A stretch of DNA of 64,000 nt from a virus. A program made the translations under genes and the position numbers. Under the pieces are notes generated by a model that made no database searches, was not told where the DNA came from, and saw nothing but the letters and a program-made list of their open reading frames with translations. The stretch lies in IMG/VR virus record IMGVR_UViG_3300018080_000105, positions 120,022 to 184,021 of that record; one strand, given 5' to 3'. Shown one piece after another: positions 1-8,944 of the stretch (positions are counted from its first letter, which is position 1; each line of letters starts with the position of its first letter).

Positions 1-205
1 TTCCTGTTGGTAAGCGAACACTCATGCGTGGCCATGCTGATAGACGGGACATGCTGCTCCGCCACTTTAACGCGGAACTGCTTATGAGGTGGAGCGAAGA
101 CAACCACAGTGTCTTGACGAACAGTAATGTCTTTCACGCCTTTGAGTTTACCAGTGGCCACCTGCCCGTGCAGGAAATCCGCCAGCTTCCGAACAAACTT
201 GGTCG
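1..205 (-). CDS. hypothetical protein, partial (runs off left edge)
   Basis: Open frame from ATG at 205 (MLDTTKFVRKLADFLHGQ...) to the window edge, preceded by AGGTG; follows gene 223-714 in the same operon. Not in the ORF track. Confidence 0.6.
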
Positions 206-222
206 TGTCGAGCATAATGCAC

Positions 223-714
223 CTACGCTGTGATGATCCTGCGTACGTCGTGAAAGTAGATCCGGGCAATGCGATCATCAGACAGCCGCAGGTACACACC
301 TTGCTCTCCCTGATGTTGGCTGCCCACGTACACGCCTTGCCACATGTGCCCTACGGCGTCGGTGACGCGGTATGTGTGTCCCTGGGTGAGTTGAGACATA
401 GGCACCGAACGATAGTCGTGGGAGTCGTGAGTACCGCGGAGACGAAACCCTGTCAGGTCTCCAGTCTCATCCACCGTAGCCTCGATCATGCCATCTTCGC
501 CCATCAAAGCCTGCAGCACGCCATTAACAAGGCCGAGAGCGCCAACAACCGGTTGATTCTGGCCGTCCAGTGTGCAGATAACGTGTGGGTGTTCCAGCAG
601 CTGCGTATTGCAGTTATGACGCAACCCAATGACTTTCATCATGGACTGCCAGTCAGCCTGCACAGCGAGGTTCAGAGAATCAACTACTCGCTGAATGTCT
701 GCTTGATCAACCAT
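223..714 (-). CDS. hypothetical protein
   Basis: 163-aa ORF whose start overlaps the stop of the upstream gene; no recognised motif. Confidence 0.7.
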   Translation of the reverse strand: MVDQADIQRVVDSLNLAVQADWQSMMKVIGLRHNCNTQLLEHPHVICTLDGQNQPVVGALGLVNGVLQALMGEDGMIEATVDETGDLTGFRLRGTHDSHDYRSVPMSQLTQGHTYRVTDAVGHMWQGVYVGSQHQGEQGVYLRLSDDRIARIYFHDVRRIITA

Positions 715-964
715 CGTCTACTTCCTGCGTGCCGGCTTCGTCCAGTATTTTCAACCCGCCTTTTGCGAGAGTCTCTCGAATACGGAGTCCGTGTTGTTCA
801 ATCATAGACTCCGCAAGTGCCGTTGGGCGATCGTATGCCACAGGCAACTCTTCCAACGGCATCTGTATTGTTGCTATACGGCCGTCCGACAGGAGAAACC
901 GTGCGAATGTCTGAACAGCGTAGATACGCAGTGATTCGTTGTCAACTGTCTCGGCGTCAGACAT
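707..964 (-). CDS. hypothetical protein
   Basis: ORF track 707-994; ATG at 964 (MSDAETV) overlaps the end of the upstream gene. Confidence 0.65.
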   Translation of the reverse strand: MSDAETVDNESLRIYAVQTFARFLLSDGRIATIQMPLEELPVAYDRPTALAESMIEQHGLRIRETLAKGGLKILDEAGTQEVDDG

Positions 965-1292
965 CAAAAGTCCGCCCAGCCGCTGTGCGGCCATCGCCGT
1001 CGAGACCTGCGCGTTTACCCCGGCCCGCCATGCCTACGGCCCCGAAGTCATCTGTAACGCCTTCAGACTGGGTATTTACTACCTGCAACGATGTACCATC
1101 CTGCAGGCGAACGCCCAGTCCACCGTGCAACGTGTCATGTGCGACGATTGCGTTCGTTGTAAGTGATTCCCGGGCGAAGTCGATGAATTCGTCCACAATC
1201 TTAACTTCGGCATCCAGGTGATTACGGGTGCGTCGCCACTCCCGTTTCAAATAGCCCAGCAAATCAACCGGGGTCGGATTCTGATTCTCCAT
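957..1292 (-). CDS. hypothetical protein
   Basis: ATG at 1292 (MENQNPT) preceded by a GGAG SD at 7 nt. Confidence 0.65.
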   Translation of the reverse strand: MENQNPTPVDLLGYLKREWRRTRNHLDAEVKIVDEFIDFARESLTTNAIVAHDTLHGGLGVRLQDGTSLQVVNTQSEGVTDDFGAVGMAGRGKRAGLDGDGRTAAGRTFDV

Positions 1293-1506
1293 CTGCACTC
1301 TCCATATCTTCCAGCACCCGCCTGAGATCAAGGGGGTCTGCATGTTCTGCTGTCGTATGCACCGCCAAGCCGAATACTCCCCGTTTTTCAGGAGTGATCA
1401 TCAGCATTTTGCAGGCGGCAGCGACGTCATGTTCGACGTCAACTGCCTTCACTGCGTCCATCACGGCCACCGAAAGGGCAACCAGTGTCTTCTCGTTCTC
1501 GGTCAC
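1264..1506 (-). CDS. small hypothetical protein
   Basis: GTG at 1506 immediately after the tubulin stop (TGAcGTG), with a GGAG SD; 80 aa. Confidence 0.55.
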   Translation of the reverse strand: MTENEKTLVALSVAVMDAVKAVDVEHDVAAACKMLMITPEKRGVFGLAVHTTAEHADPLDLRRVLEDMESADGESESDPG

Positions 1507-1507
1507 G

Positions 1508-2668
1508 TCAGACTCCAAGGAATTCAGCCACCGCATCAGCTGGCTCGCCGGCTTTATGGGCCAGGTCTGTCAGCCGTTCTCGCGGAAACGGTAAGCCACC
1601 AATCATCGCAAGGATCTTGATAGCGTCATCGCCGGCCGCGGGGTAAACACCAGGGAACACAACCGAGTCTTTGGGCGTGAGGATCCGGTTCATCATTTCG
1701 ATGCCGTGATCGATCACGCCCGTTTTCACGGAATTTGGGCCGTCCCAGGCCGCTCCGCTAACCACGTAAATCATACCGGCCGTGGTACCCTTTGACAGGT
1801 CCACGCTGGCCAGCACGTTACGTTTCAGCTGGTCACGGATCGGAACGGAGATATCCGAAGGCTCATCCCATTTCTGCACAGTAGTTGCCGCAAAGGCCAC
1901 CACTCCGCTGTCCAGGATCTTGGCGAAGTCTGCCGGGTCAAATGTCGTCCCGCCTTCGTCCTCCGAATCTGTGCCCGCCAGACGATTGAACGTATGCAAC
2001 AGCTTCGCTGTGCTCGCGTTCGATGCCGGCTTCTCATTGCGAGCAGCCACACGATCGCCATACAGCTCCACGAACCGCTCGTTGTCAATGAAGATAATCG
2101 GACTCAGGTTCAGGCCCGGCAGCTGACGCATGGAGTACAGCACGTTCTTGGCACTGCGCTGTCCCTCTGCGTTCTTGGGCATCGCCATGATGACACCCAC
2201 ACGATTTGGCTTCTTCTTGGCCCGCATGTACTGCTTGGCCACTTCCGCCGCTTTCGCATAAGCACCTGCACCCGTGCCGCCCGCCCCAGAAAGGCAGACA
2301 AACACGTGATCCACGTCATCGCCCCAACACCGCGAATACAGGTCGTAAATATCTTCGCCCTTGTCTTTCGCGATAGCTGCAGCGGCGGCCGGATCTTTGC
2401 CCACACCTTGCTGGTCACCAATGTCCAGCTTGGAAGCCTCGGGGAACGTCTTCAGCTCTGCCAGGTCAGCCACGGCTGTGTTGATCGCACAGATGCGGTT
2501 GTACCCGAGTTCCTTGAACGTGCTCACAATACGACCACCAGCCTGCCCCACGCCCACGAATGCGAACTTGAAACCAACCGGGTGATCAAAACTGTCAGGG
2601 ATTGCGCTGGATGCTGGACTTTCCGGGCTCTCGGAAATATCTCCAATATCGAGTTCAAAGTCACTCAC
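1508..2668 (-). CDS. tubulin/FtsZ-superfamily GTPase (PhuZ/TubZ/CetZ-like)
   Basis: T1 GVGQAGGRI, T2 AINTA, T3 QQGVGKD, signature loop SGAGGTGAG (cf. GGGTGS/TG), T6 IDNE, T7 TFDPADF. Confidence 0.92.
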   Translation of the reverse strand: MSDFELDIGDISESPESPASSAIPDSFDHPVGFKFAFVGVGQAGGRIVSTFKELGYNRICAINTAVADLAELKTFPEASKLDIGDQQGVGKDPAAAAAIAKDKGEDIYDLYSRCWGDDVDHVFVCLSGAGGTGAGAYAKAAEVAKQYMRAKKKPNRVGVIMAMPKNAEGQRSAKNVLYSMRQLPGLNLSPIIFIDNERFVELYGDRVAARNEKPASNASTAKLLHTFNRLAGTDSEDEGGTTFDPADFAKILDSGVVAFAATTVQKWDEPSDISVPIRDQLKRNVLASVDLSKGTTAGMIYVVSGAAWDGPNSVKTGVIDHGIEMMNRILTPKDSVVFPGVYPAAGDDAIKILAMIGGLPFPRERLTDLAHKAGEPADAVAEFLGV

Positions 2669-3189
2669 TCTGCGCCTCCGTCGTCCTTCAGGTAATCTTC
2701 CGTGGCAATGATGTCATCGGCCTCTTGGTCGATCACTGCCTGTTCTTCCTCAGTCCGGGGCTCTTCTGCCGCCAACTGTGATTCTTCACCACCCGTAGTC
2801 GCCTCGGCGTCGATCTGAGACTGACCAATTTCATCATCGGTGACTTCCTCCTCTGCGGCAGCGAGATTCTCGATCTCGTCACAGACCACAGCATACAGCG
2901 TTTCGTCCTCTGAATAGAGTCGCTGCATCTCAGCGTCGTACTCTGCCCCGTCCAGCTCCATCATCTGGGCAGCTGCTGCTGCTGCCTGCTCACGAAGCTG
3001 CTCAGGCGTACGCGCCGGGGTTGGCGGCGTCTCGACCGCTGATTCAGTAGACTTCGCAGGGTCAGTTACCGTGGCGGCCTCGGCCGGCTCTTCGGTCTTA
3101 ACTTGGCGAAATGTGGAAAGGCGGCCTGTCTGTGTGTTTTCTTCCTTCTCACGCAGGCGCTGGCGATATTCGATAGAACTCATGGTCAC
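2665..3189 (-). CDS. acidic low-complexity hypothetical protein
   Basis: 174 aa, E/D/A-rich; coupled by overlap to both neighbours. Confidence 0.75.
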   Translation of the reverse strand: MTMSSIEYRQRLREKEENTQTGRLSTFRQVKTEEPAEAATVTDPAKSTESAVETPPTPARTPEQLREQAAAAAAQMMELDGAEYDAEMQRLYSEDETLYAVVCDEIENLAAAEEEVTDDEIGQSQIDAEATTGGEESQLAAEEPRTEEEQAVIDQEADDIIATEDYLKDDGGAE

Positions 3190-4259
3190 TCCTGTTCCTT
3201 CGACTTCTCGTCAAGTACGGAAGCCAACAAGTGGTCAAACTTCTTCTTCCGCTGCCTCGCGTCATCACAGATTGTGTTCTGCAGGCCTCGGACATATCCA
3301 GGTGAACGCAACATCCTGTAAAGAGCGTCGTCCAATCCGGCGTAATTCGGAGCAGCACACACCGCTCCAGCTTCGTTAATGCTCTCGACACAGTCAACGC
3401 TGCACGAGTTGTCAGCCGTCAGTATCTCAGCTAAAGGCCGCAAATTGAAGCCTACAATGGGGGTTCCCATGTTGATCGACGTGAGGCCGATCAACCCCAG
3501 GCTCTCGTGCAACGTGCACCATAGCGTTAAATCGTGATTCTGGAACAGTTGCAGGCGATCAAATTGATCCAGCCCTTTAGCCAGCCGCAGCTTATTTGGG
3601 TACCACCGCCGCAATCGTCGCAGATACCGAGAAAACACTGACGGAAGCGTACTGGACGAATAAGCCACTGTCACTCGCAAGTTTTTGTGTTGCTGTAATC
3701 GCTTCTCCAGTAACGGCAGAATGCCGGGGTCAATCCTGCGAATGTTACCATCCCACCACGGCAGCAGCACGTGCAGCGGCTCCACCAAATGATTGGGTGG
3801 CTTCTTACATACAGGGAAACCCGCCTCCCAAGGCACATATCGAGCATGTCGCATGCCTGCTGCGAACATCACCTCGAAGACGTCACGGGTCGGGGCCAGT
3901 ACGTTGTGAGCCAGCGCCGCTGTGTCCAGATCCCGAAAATGAATCGTATTCATCATCAACAACACGGAAGTCTTAGCGCCCTGCGATCGCACATAACGGA
4001 TCTGCTCGGGATGCGGAATCGTCGTCCACACGACGTGCTCAACGTCTTTGCACCAATCCGTGAATTTCCCCTGCACAACCTGGGCATCCCACTCTGGAGT
4101 TATATCGCGTTTATCCGTTGACGGGGTAAACAAGCTATAACTGTGCCCGTGATCTTTGGCCCACTGCGCGATACGGAGGCCAGCGTACGTCGCCTCGTGG
4201 TGACTGTAGCGAGTACAGATGCCAACCTTCGTCGTCCGTGGTAGATCCACGTTGGTCAC
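3186..4259 (-). CDS. glycosyltransferase, GT-B fold (GT4-like)
   Basis: C-terminal HDLTLWCTLHESLGLIGLTSINMGTPIVG matches the GT4 E-x-x-G-x(7)-G-x-P-V motif. Start set at GTG 4259, overlapping the upstream stop (GTGA). Confidence 0.8.
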   Translation of the reverse strand: MTNVDLPRTTKVGICTRYSHHEATYAGLRIAQWAKDHGHSYSLFTPSTDKRDITPEWDAQVVQGKFTDWCKDVEHVVWTTIPHPEQIRYVRSQGAKTSVLLMMNTIHFRDLDTAALAHNVLAPTRDVFEVMFAAGMRHARYVPWEAGFPVCKKPPNHLVEPLHVLLPWWDGNIRRIDPGILPLLEKRLQQHKNLRVTVAYSSSTLPSVFSRYLRRLRRWYPNKLRLAKGLDQFDRLQLFQNHDLTLWCTLHESLGLIGLTSINMGTPIVGFNLRPLAEILTADNSCSVDCVESINEAGAVCAAPNYAGLDDALYRMLRSPGYVRGLQNTICDDARQRKKKFDHLLASVLDEKSKEQE

Positions 4260-5080
4260 GGGAATTTCCGTACAGCAGGAGCGATCACATACGGCGGGTG
4301 GGAATGATAACCCACGCGGCCTTTTTGGTGCCGATGCCATGACAGTTTCGGGCGAACTCGGGACTTGATCCCGATATGTTGCCCGACAAACGGCGTAACA
4401 CAACCGACAAATAGTCCTTGGCGCTTCGCTGCGTGGCAAAGCGTATCATCAAACTTTTGTCGCTTCTTGTGCTCTCGTGCAAAGTATTTGTCATGCAATC
4501 GTGCCCAGCCTTCCCGGCTAATGAATAGGCACTGTGCAGTGATCCCGGATTCTACCGAGCGTTGATTCTTGTGAAACTTGAACGTGCTGTTCAATTTCAT
4601 GCCGGCCATCACGCCTACCGGACGCTCACTGTGGTCATTGCGTCTCTCTACAGAGGCCAGCAGGCGAATCAACCAATTCTCTTTGAAAACAAAGTCATCC
4701 TGCAGCAGCACTACACCCTCGGCATCTGGTGCCTGATTGAACAACGCACGCACGGCGAGACAGGATGCCTGGACAACCCCGAGGGATTCCCCGTCGGACA
4801 GCCGCACGATGGGCACCTTACCGTGGATTCCTTTGGGCTGAACAGGCGGATCAGTGAGGATATCCAGTCCCAGATTTTTCCACTTGGGACCGGTGGGCCA
4901 TGGCAACTCACAGTCAATCTCCTCGTTGGTCTCGTAATACCGCCGGGTGATTTCCTTCTTGCTGCAATCATCAAAAATCGTCAGTCGCGTATCTGCAGGC
5001 AACTCCGTCGCAGACAATGAGCGCAAAGTCGCGTCCAGGTATGTGACGCGATCCTGTGTCAGAATACCAATCGGAACCAT
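4256..5080 (-). CDS. glycosyltransferase, GT-A fold (GT2-like)
   Basis: N-terminal VPIGILTQDRVTYLDATLRSL, IFDDCS, acidic motif LLQDDF, and FVGQHIG. Confidence 0.75.
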   Translation of the reverse strand: MVPIGILTQDRVTYLDATLRSLSATELPADTRLTIFDDCSKKEITRRYYETNEEIDCELPWPTGPKWKNLGLDILTDPPVQPKGIHGKVPIVRLSDGESLGVVQASCLAVRALFNQAPDAEGVVLLQDDFVFKENWLIRLLASVERRNDHSERPVGVMAGMKLNSTFKFHKNQRSVESGITAQCLFISREGWARLHDKYFAREHKKRQKFDDTLCHAAKRQGLFVGCVTPFVGQHIGIKSRVRPKLSWHRHQKGRVGYHSHPPYVIAPAVRKFP

Positions 5081-7140
5081 CAGGTCATATCCATCAATCG
5101 ACGCACGGCACCGGGCTTCGGCCGCCGCAAAATAGATCGATCAAGAGCAGAGGCCACTTTGCCAAACTGCTGCTGCATTACCATTTCCCCGCCTTCCATA
5201 CGAGCTTGTCGCCGCATGTCGTCCATGATGGATTTCACCATCGCATGTACTGTGGGGTTCTCCTTTTTCAAGCGCTGAAGAGCACTGTCTTTCTGCGACT
5301 CAGGCATCGCCATGAACTGAGAAGCCAGCGTCTGTGCCACAGACTGGATCTCTTCAACCGTCGTGGGCGTATTCGGCATAATCGGCTGGTTAGCCGCAAA
5401 GGACTGAGCAGCACCCATCGCCCCCATAGGCTGTCCCATCGGCCCAAGCGGTGGCGTGGCAGGCATCCCGCCGCCCGGCATAGCGCCGGGCATCCCCTGC
5501 ATCTGCGGCATAGCGGCAGCTCCTCCGCCACCGGCCGCTGCCGGGTCCATCGGCATCGCCCCGCCAGGAGGCATACCCCCAGGCATTTGCGGCATGGCCA
5601 TTTCGTCCATCATGGCCGACTGTTCCATCTCGTTCTGCATGTCCTGCGTCGCCTCGGCCACCACGCGCTCTTCCTCCAGCTTCCGCCGCTCTTCCTCGGC
5701 AAAATCCAGGCCAACGCTGTGCAAGCCTGTGGTACGACTGATCTCGCCGCCACGCATAAGCTGCAATTTGGCCATCTGGCGGTTGAGGTCGTCGGCATGA
5801 GTGACGCGAGACAGGCGGCAGACAACAGGCTCCCACGCCATCAGCTGGGCCACCTTCTCTACGAGCTTGCCCAGGAAACGATTGAGGTTGTGAACCAAGT
5901 GTGCCCAGTTCGCCTCAAACAGACGGAGAGCAGCCGGAGCCGCTTGAACGCTGAGAGAGCCCTTGTACATGTCCACCGGCACTCCGATGGCGTCCAGCAA
6001 GGACTCACCAGCCTGATTCAACAACTCAGTAGGGGCCAACTGATTGGCATCACCACCCAGTGCCTGGTATTCCATTGGGAACGGTAGCACATTCCAGCGA
6101 GCAGGGTCTCGGCGTCGCTGGCGGAGCATTTGCTCCACTCGCTGCACGAACCCGCCCAGATTGATGCTCATAACCGGGTCATTGATCTGGCCGCCAGCAG
6201 CAGAACCTGACGCCTTCGGCTGTGGTGTCAGCACCCGGAACGGCACAATGTAGTCCAGCACGATTGCCTCGTTGTAGCGGTGCAGGACTTGATAGTACCA
6301 CGCTTGGCGAAAGTTGGTGAGCACGCGGCTCAGGCCCCAGCCCCGGTTACGGCGACCGGCGAGCGCTTCCTCCTTCATGTGGTAAATAACATCCGGATCG
6401 AACATCAAATCCTGGTTGTTTTTCACCGCATCTACAACTTCCCAGCTGGCGCGCTCCATGTGGAACAGGTGCCCCTTGCGAATCTTCTCACGGTACTCGT
6501 TAGGAATCTTCCAGATGAAAGCATTGTCGTTGCTGTACTGGTCATGCAGGATCTCAATCTCATGCGGATCCCAACGCTTGACCTTCAGCTGATCTGCTTC
6601 ACCCGAACGTCGGTCGATGTGCTTCCACGCACCACGATACTTACACTTCGGACACGAGGCATTGAACTTAAAGTCTGACCATGAGTACGCAAAGGCTCCG
6701 GTGTTCTGCACTTTCTTCAATGGAGCTTCAAAGCCACAGTCAGGGCAAGACAAAGCACGGCGGAACGGCACGAGGAGACTGGTGAACGAATTACCGTACA
6801 CCAGATAATCGAGAGCCACATCCTGCAGCACCTGCCGAATGCCCAGCGTCTCGTTCAGGAAGTCGAGGTACTTCTGCTTTTCCTCTCGACCAACCCGATC
6901 ATCCCCATCACCTCCGCCAGGCGCGGCAATCTCCACATCAGTGATGAAGTAAGAGATGATGCGCCGAATCGCCTCTCGATACGGACCGTTGGCGTCAACG
7001 ATGTACTCACACCACCACAACGCTTCCTGCATTGTGGTTGGCATGGCCGTTGAAGCCATATCACAAAACGGATCAGGCCAACGATCATCCGCTAAGGCAG
7101 ACGTATTGGCGTTCCAGCGACTCTTGGTCAAGACGCTCAT
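5080..7140 (-). CDS. probable portal protein
   Basis: 686 aa; ALDYLVYGNSF resembles the portal D-x-L-x-x-GN-x-F/Y motif; RGWGLS...AW and ...LLDAIGVP segments are also portal-like; a terminase is present in the same window. Confidence 0.65.
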   Translation of the reverse strand: MSVLTKSRWNANTSALADDRWPDPFCDMASTAMPTTMQEALWWCEYIVDANGPYREAIRRIISYFITDVEIAAPGGGDGDDRVGREEKQKYLDFLNETLGIRQVLQDVALDYLVYGNSFTSLLVPFRRALSCPDCGFEAPLKKVQNTGAFAYSWSDFKFNASCPKCKYRGAWKHIDRRSGEADQLKVKRWDPHEIEILHDQYSNDNAFIWKIPNEYREKIRKGHLFHMERASWEVVDAVKNNQDLMFDPDVIYHMKEEALAGRRNRGWGLSRVLTNFRQAWYYQVLHRYNEAIVLDYIVPFRVLTPQPKASGSAAGGQINDPVMSINLGGFVQRVEQMLRQRRRDPARWNVLPFPMEYQALGGDANQLAPTELLNQAGESLLDAIGVPVDMYKGSLSVQAAPAALRLFEANWAHLVHNLNRFLGKLVEKVAQLMAWEPVVCRLSRVTHADDLNRQMAKLQLMRGGEISRTTGLHSVGLDFAEEERRKLEEERVVAEATQDMQNEMEQSAMMDEMAMPQMPGGMPPGGAMPMDPAAAGGGGAAAMPQMQGMPGAMPGGGMPATPPLGPMGQPMGAMGAAQSFAANQPIMPNTPTTVEEIQSVAQTLASQFMAMPESQKDSALQRLKKENPTVHAMVKSIMDDMRRQARMEGGEMVMQQQFGKVASALDRSILRRPKPGAVRRLMDMT

Positions 7141-7176
7141 GCGAGCACTCCCGTTTCATCCGTGAGGGAACCGTGA

Positions 7177-7350
7177 CTACTCTGCGTCTTCCTTTGACAG
7201 CTTTTCAGCCGCCAGGTCGCTGGCTCGTCGTGTGATGTCGTCGTCGAGAGCTTGCTCTTGGGACTGTTTGTCCCCGGCACGCTTTTCGCTTTTCAAACGA
7301 CCTTCCGTATCGTGTGTGTCTCGTACTGAGACGACGCCTCGTTTTTCCAT
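7177..7350 (-). CDS. small hypothetical protein
   Basis: ATG at 7350 (MEKRGVV) with a GGAG SD; 57 aa. Confidence 0.6.
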   Translation of the reverse strand: MEKRGVVSVRDTHDTEGRLKSEKRAGDKQSQEQALDDDITRRASDLAAEKLSKEDAE

Positions 7351-7361
7351 GACAGTCTCCG

Positions 7362-8294
7362 TTACTGAGGCTGAGCGTTTCCATCCAGTTCGGCGGTATT
7401 TTCTACCATCAGCAGACAATACTCCAGATCATTGTGGATGTACTGGACGCCTGTTGTGTGAACCTGGTGGACTTGCGTAGTCCCATGAATGTGAATTGCC
7501 ATGGCCGGCGTGACCGTCCCCGGCGGTGGTGGCTCCGGAAAATACTTGATACTGCCCACATGCCGGGTGTCGTAAACCAGTACGACGAAACCACTCCGGA
7601 CAATCACGTCGTGATATGGGGCATCCATCCGGCCAAAGTGCTCCCGCTCAATCGTCACGAGCTGGAGGGGCGGGCCAGGGTCTCCCTGGACCTTGCTGAC
7701 GTTAGGAACGCCTGTGTCTGATTTAGCCGGCGGAGTCTGTCGGGACGCAGCACTAAACGCGCCCAACGGACTGATCGATTGGAAGCCACCGCCAATGTTC
7801 GGCGCCGCTGCTGGAACATGGGGAGCCTGGGCAGGCGCAACTGTCGGAGCTGCGGTCTGTTGGACCACAGGAGCCGGCGGCGCGTCGGGGGCAGGTTCAG
7901 TTTGAGGAGCTGTTGGTTCTTCTGTCTGCATCTGCGAAAACCTCTCCATAACGCGAGCGGCAAGTTCCCGCTGCTGATTGATGTCCTGAGCCTGTCCGTG
8001 TGTGAAGCCCATCTCCCGCTCAACTTCGCGAGTAGCTTTGTCCAGCGCTGTCTTTGACAACGCCTGCAACGGGACACGTTTCCCGCCGTCTTCACCTTTG
8101 GGATCGATCCGTACGACGATCCCAGATGTATCATGGGGTTGTGTACCTGATGGAATTCCTCCCGGAGTCGCTTTTGGCACAATGACTCCTGTCAACCCAT
8201 ACTGACTGGGTGGCGGTGTTGCGGGTCGAATATCCTGGGGCGTAGGGGCCGGCTGATACTGTGGCACCGAAGCCGGAACGATTGCTGGGGGCAT
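7362..8294 (-). CDS. hypothetical protein with Pro/Ala/Gln-rich linkers
   Basis: ATG at 8294 (MPPAIV) with an AAGGAG SD; beta-rich C-terminal ~85 aa. Confidence 0.75.
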   Translation of the reverse strand: MPPAIVPASVPQYQPAPTPQDIRPATPPPSQYGLTGVIVPKATPGGIPSGTQPHDTSGIVVRIDPKGEDGGKRVPLQALSKTALDKATREVEREMGFTHGQAQDINQQRELAARVMERFSQMQTEEPTAPQTEPAPDAPPAPVVQQTAAPTVAPAQAPHVPAAAPNIGGGFQSISPLGAFSAASRQTPPAKSDTGVPNVSKVQGDPGPPLQLVTIEREHFGRMDAPYHDVIVRSGFVVLVYDTRHVGSIKYFPEPPPPGTVTPAMAIHIHGTTQVHQVHTTGVQYIHNDLEYCLLMVENTAELDGNAQPQ

Positions 8295-8382
8295 GAGACA
8301 CTCCTTCGTCGGCGATATCGCCTGACATACCTTATCTGTCCCGCCAGGAATCCGCAACACGTGGTGAGAATTGCGGATAGCT

Positions 8383-8418
8383 AAAAAGAAGAAACCAGCG
8401 CGGGGTACGCCCCCGCGC
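8383..8418 (-). terminator. rho-independent terminator-like hairpin
   Basis: 8-bp GC stem GCGCGGGG(8398-8405)/CCCCGCGC(8411-8418) followed on the minus strand by TGGTTTCTTCTTTTT. Confidence 0.6.
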
Positions 8419-8479
8419 CGGCGTTCTCTTATGGGTTCCGAACAAAGGCCACGAACCTTGTCCGGCTGGATACTCACAT

Positions 8480-8647
8480 TCAAATGTATCCAGCCGGGAA
8501 AGGCCAGTCAGGGCCAGGATCTGCTTCCCGGCTTTGCAGGTGATCGCCAGGTGACGGCGACCACGATGTGTGCACCCGACTGATTTCGTGGATCAGTCGA
8601 CGGAACACAAGGAAAAGAATACAACTGAAAATCATCATCTCCTCCAT
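8480..8647 (-). CDS. putative small membrane-anchored protein (55 aa)
   Basis: MEEMMIFSCILFLVFRRLIHEIS...; begins 6 nt after the upstream stop; GGAGGAG precedes the internal ATGs; hydrophobic N-terminus. Below the ORF-track cutoff. Confidence 0.45.
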   Translation of the reverse strand: MEEMMIFSCILFLVFRRLIHEISRVHTSWSPSPGDHLQSREADPGPDWPFPAGYI

Positions 8648-8653
8648 AATCTG

Positions 8654-8944
8654 CTAGTCAGACAGGTCCAGCATAGCAGTCGGGATTGTGAAGAACAACG
8701 TTGCGGCAGGATCCTCCGCACTAAACCTTTCGCGGCAAAACTGATTAACCAGCTCTTCCGAAGGCAAATGATACAAACCCCGGCCCTCCTGCCCCACCCG
8801 CACGCCCACAAGGGTCATGCGGGTTGAAGCAGGTATCCGAGGCAGCAAAAGCGGCTTCGGATCCTGACCTACCAACCAGGCGACTTCGTCAATCCCGTCG
8901 GGGCCATAGAGTCGGTGTTCCTCCCATTCATCGGGATTCCACAT
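8654..8944 (-). CDS. hypothetical protein
   Basis: ATG at 8944 (MWNPDEW) with an AAGGA SD, overlapping the end of the upstream gene. Confidence 0.6.
   Translation of the reverse strand: MWNPDEWEEHRLYGPDGIDEVAWLVGQDPKPLLLPRIPASTRMTLVGVRVGQEGRGLYHLPSEELVNQFCRERFSAEDPAATLFFTIPTAMLDLSD

Noticed and set aside
1508-2668. Host cell-division ftsZ, i.e. a bacterial dcw cluster
   Set aside because: No ftsA, ftsQ or mur genes; neighbours are portal and phage hypotheticals; the signature loop and C-terminus differ from canonical FtsZ.
8593-8639. Box C (RTGATGA) and box D (CTGA) pair suggesting a C/D-like guide RNA
   Set aside because: No internal D'/C' boxes or terminal stem; the box C sequence is explained by tandem ATG codons of the micro-ORF, and such short matches are expected by chance.
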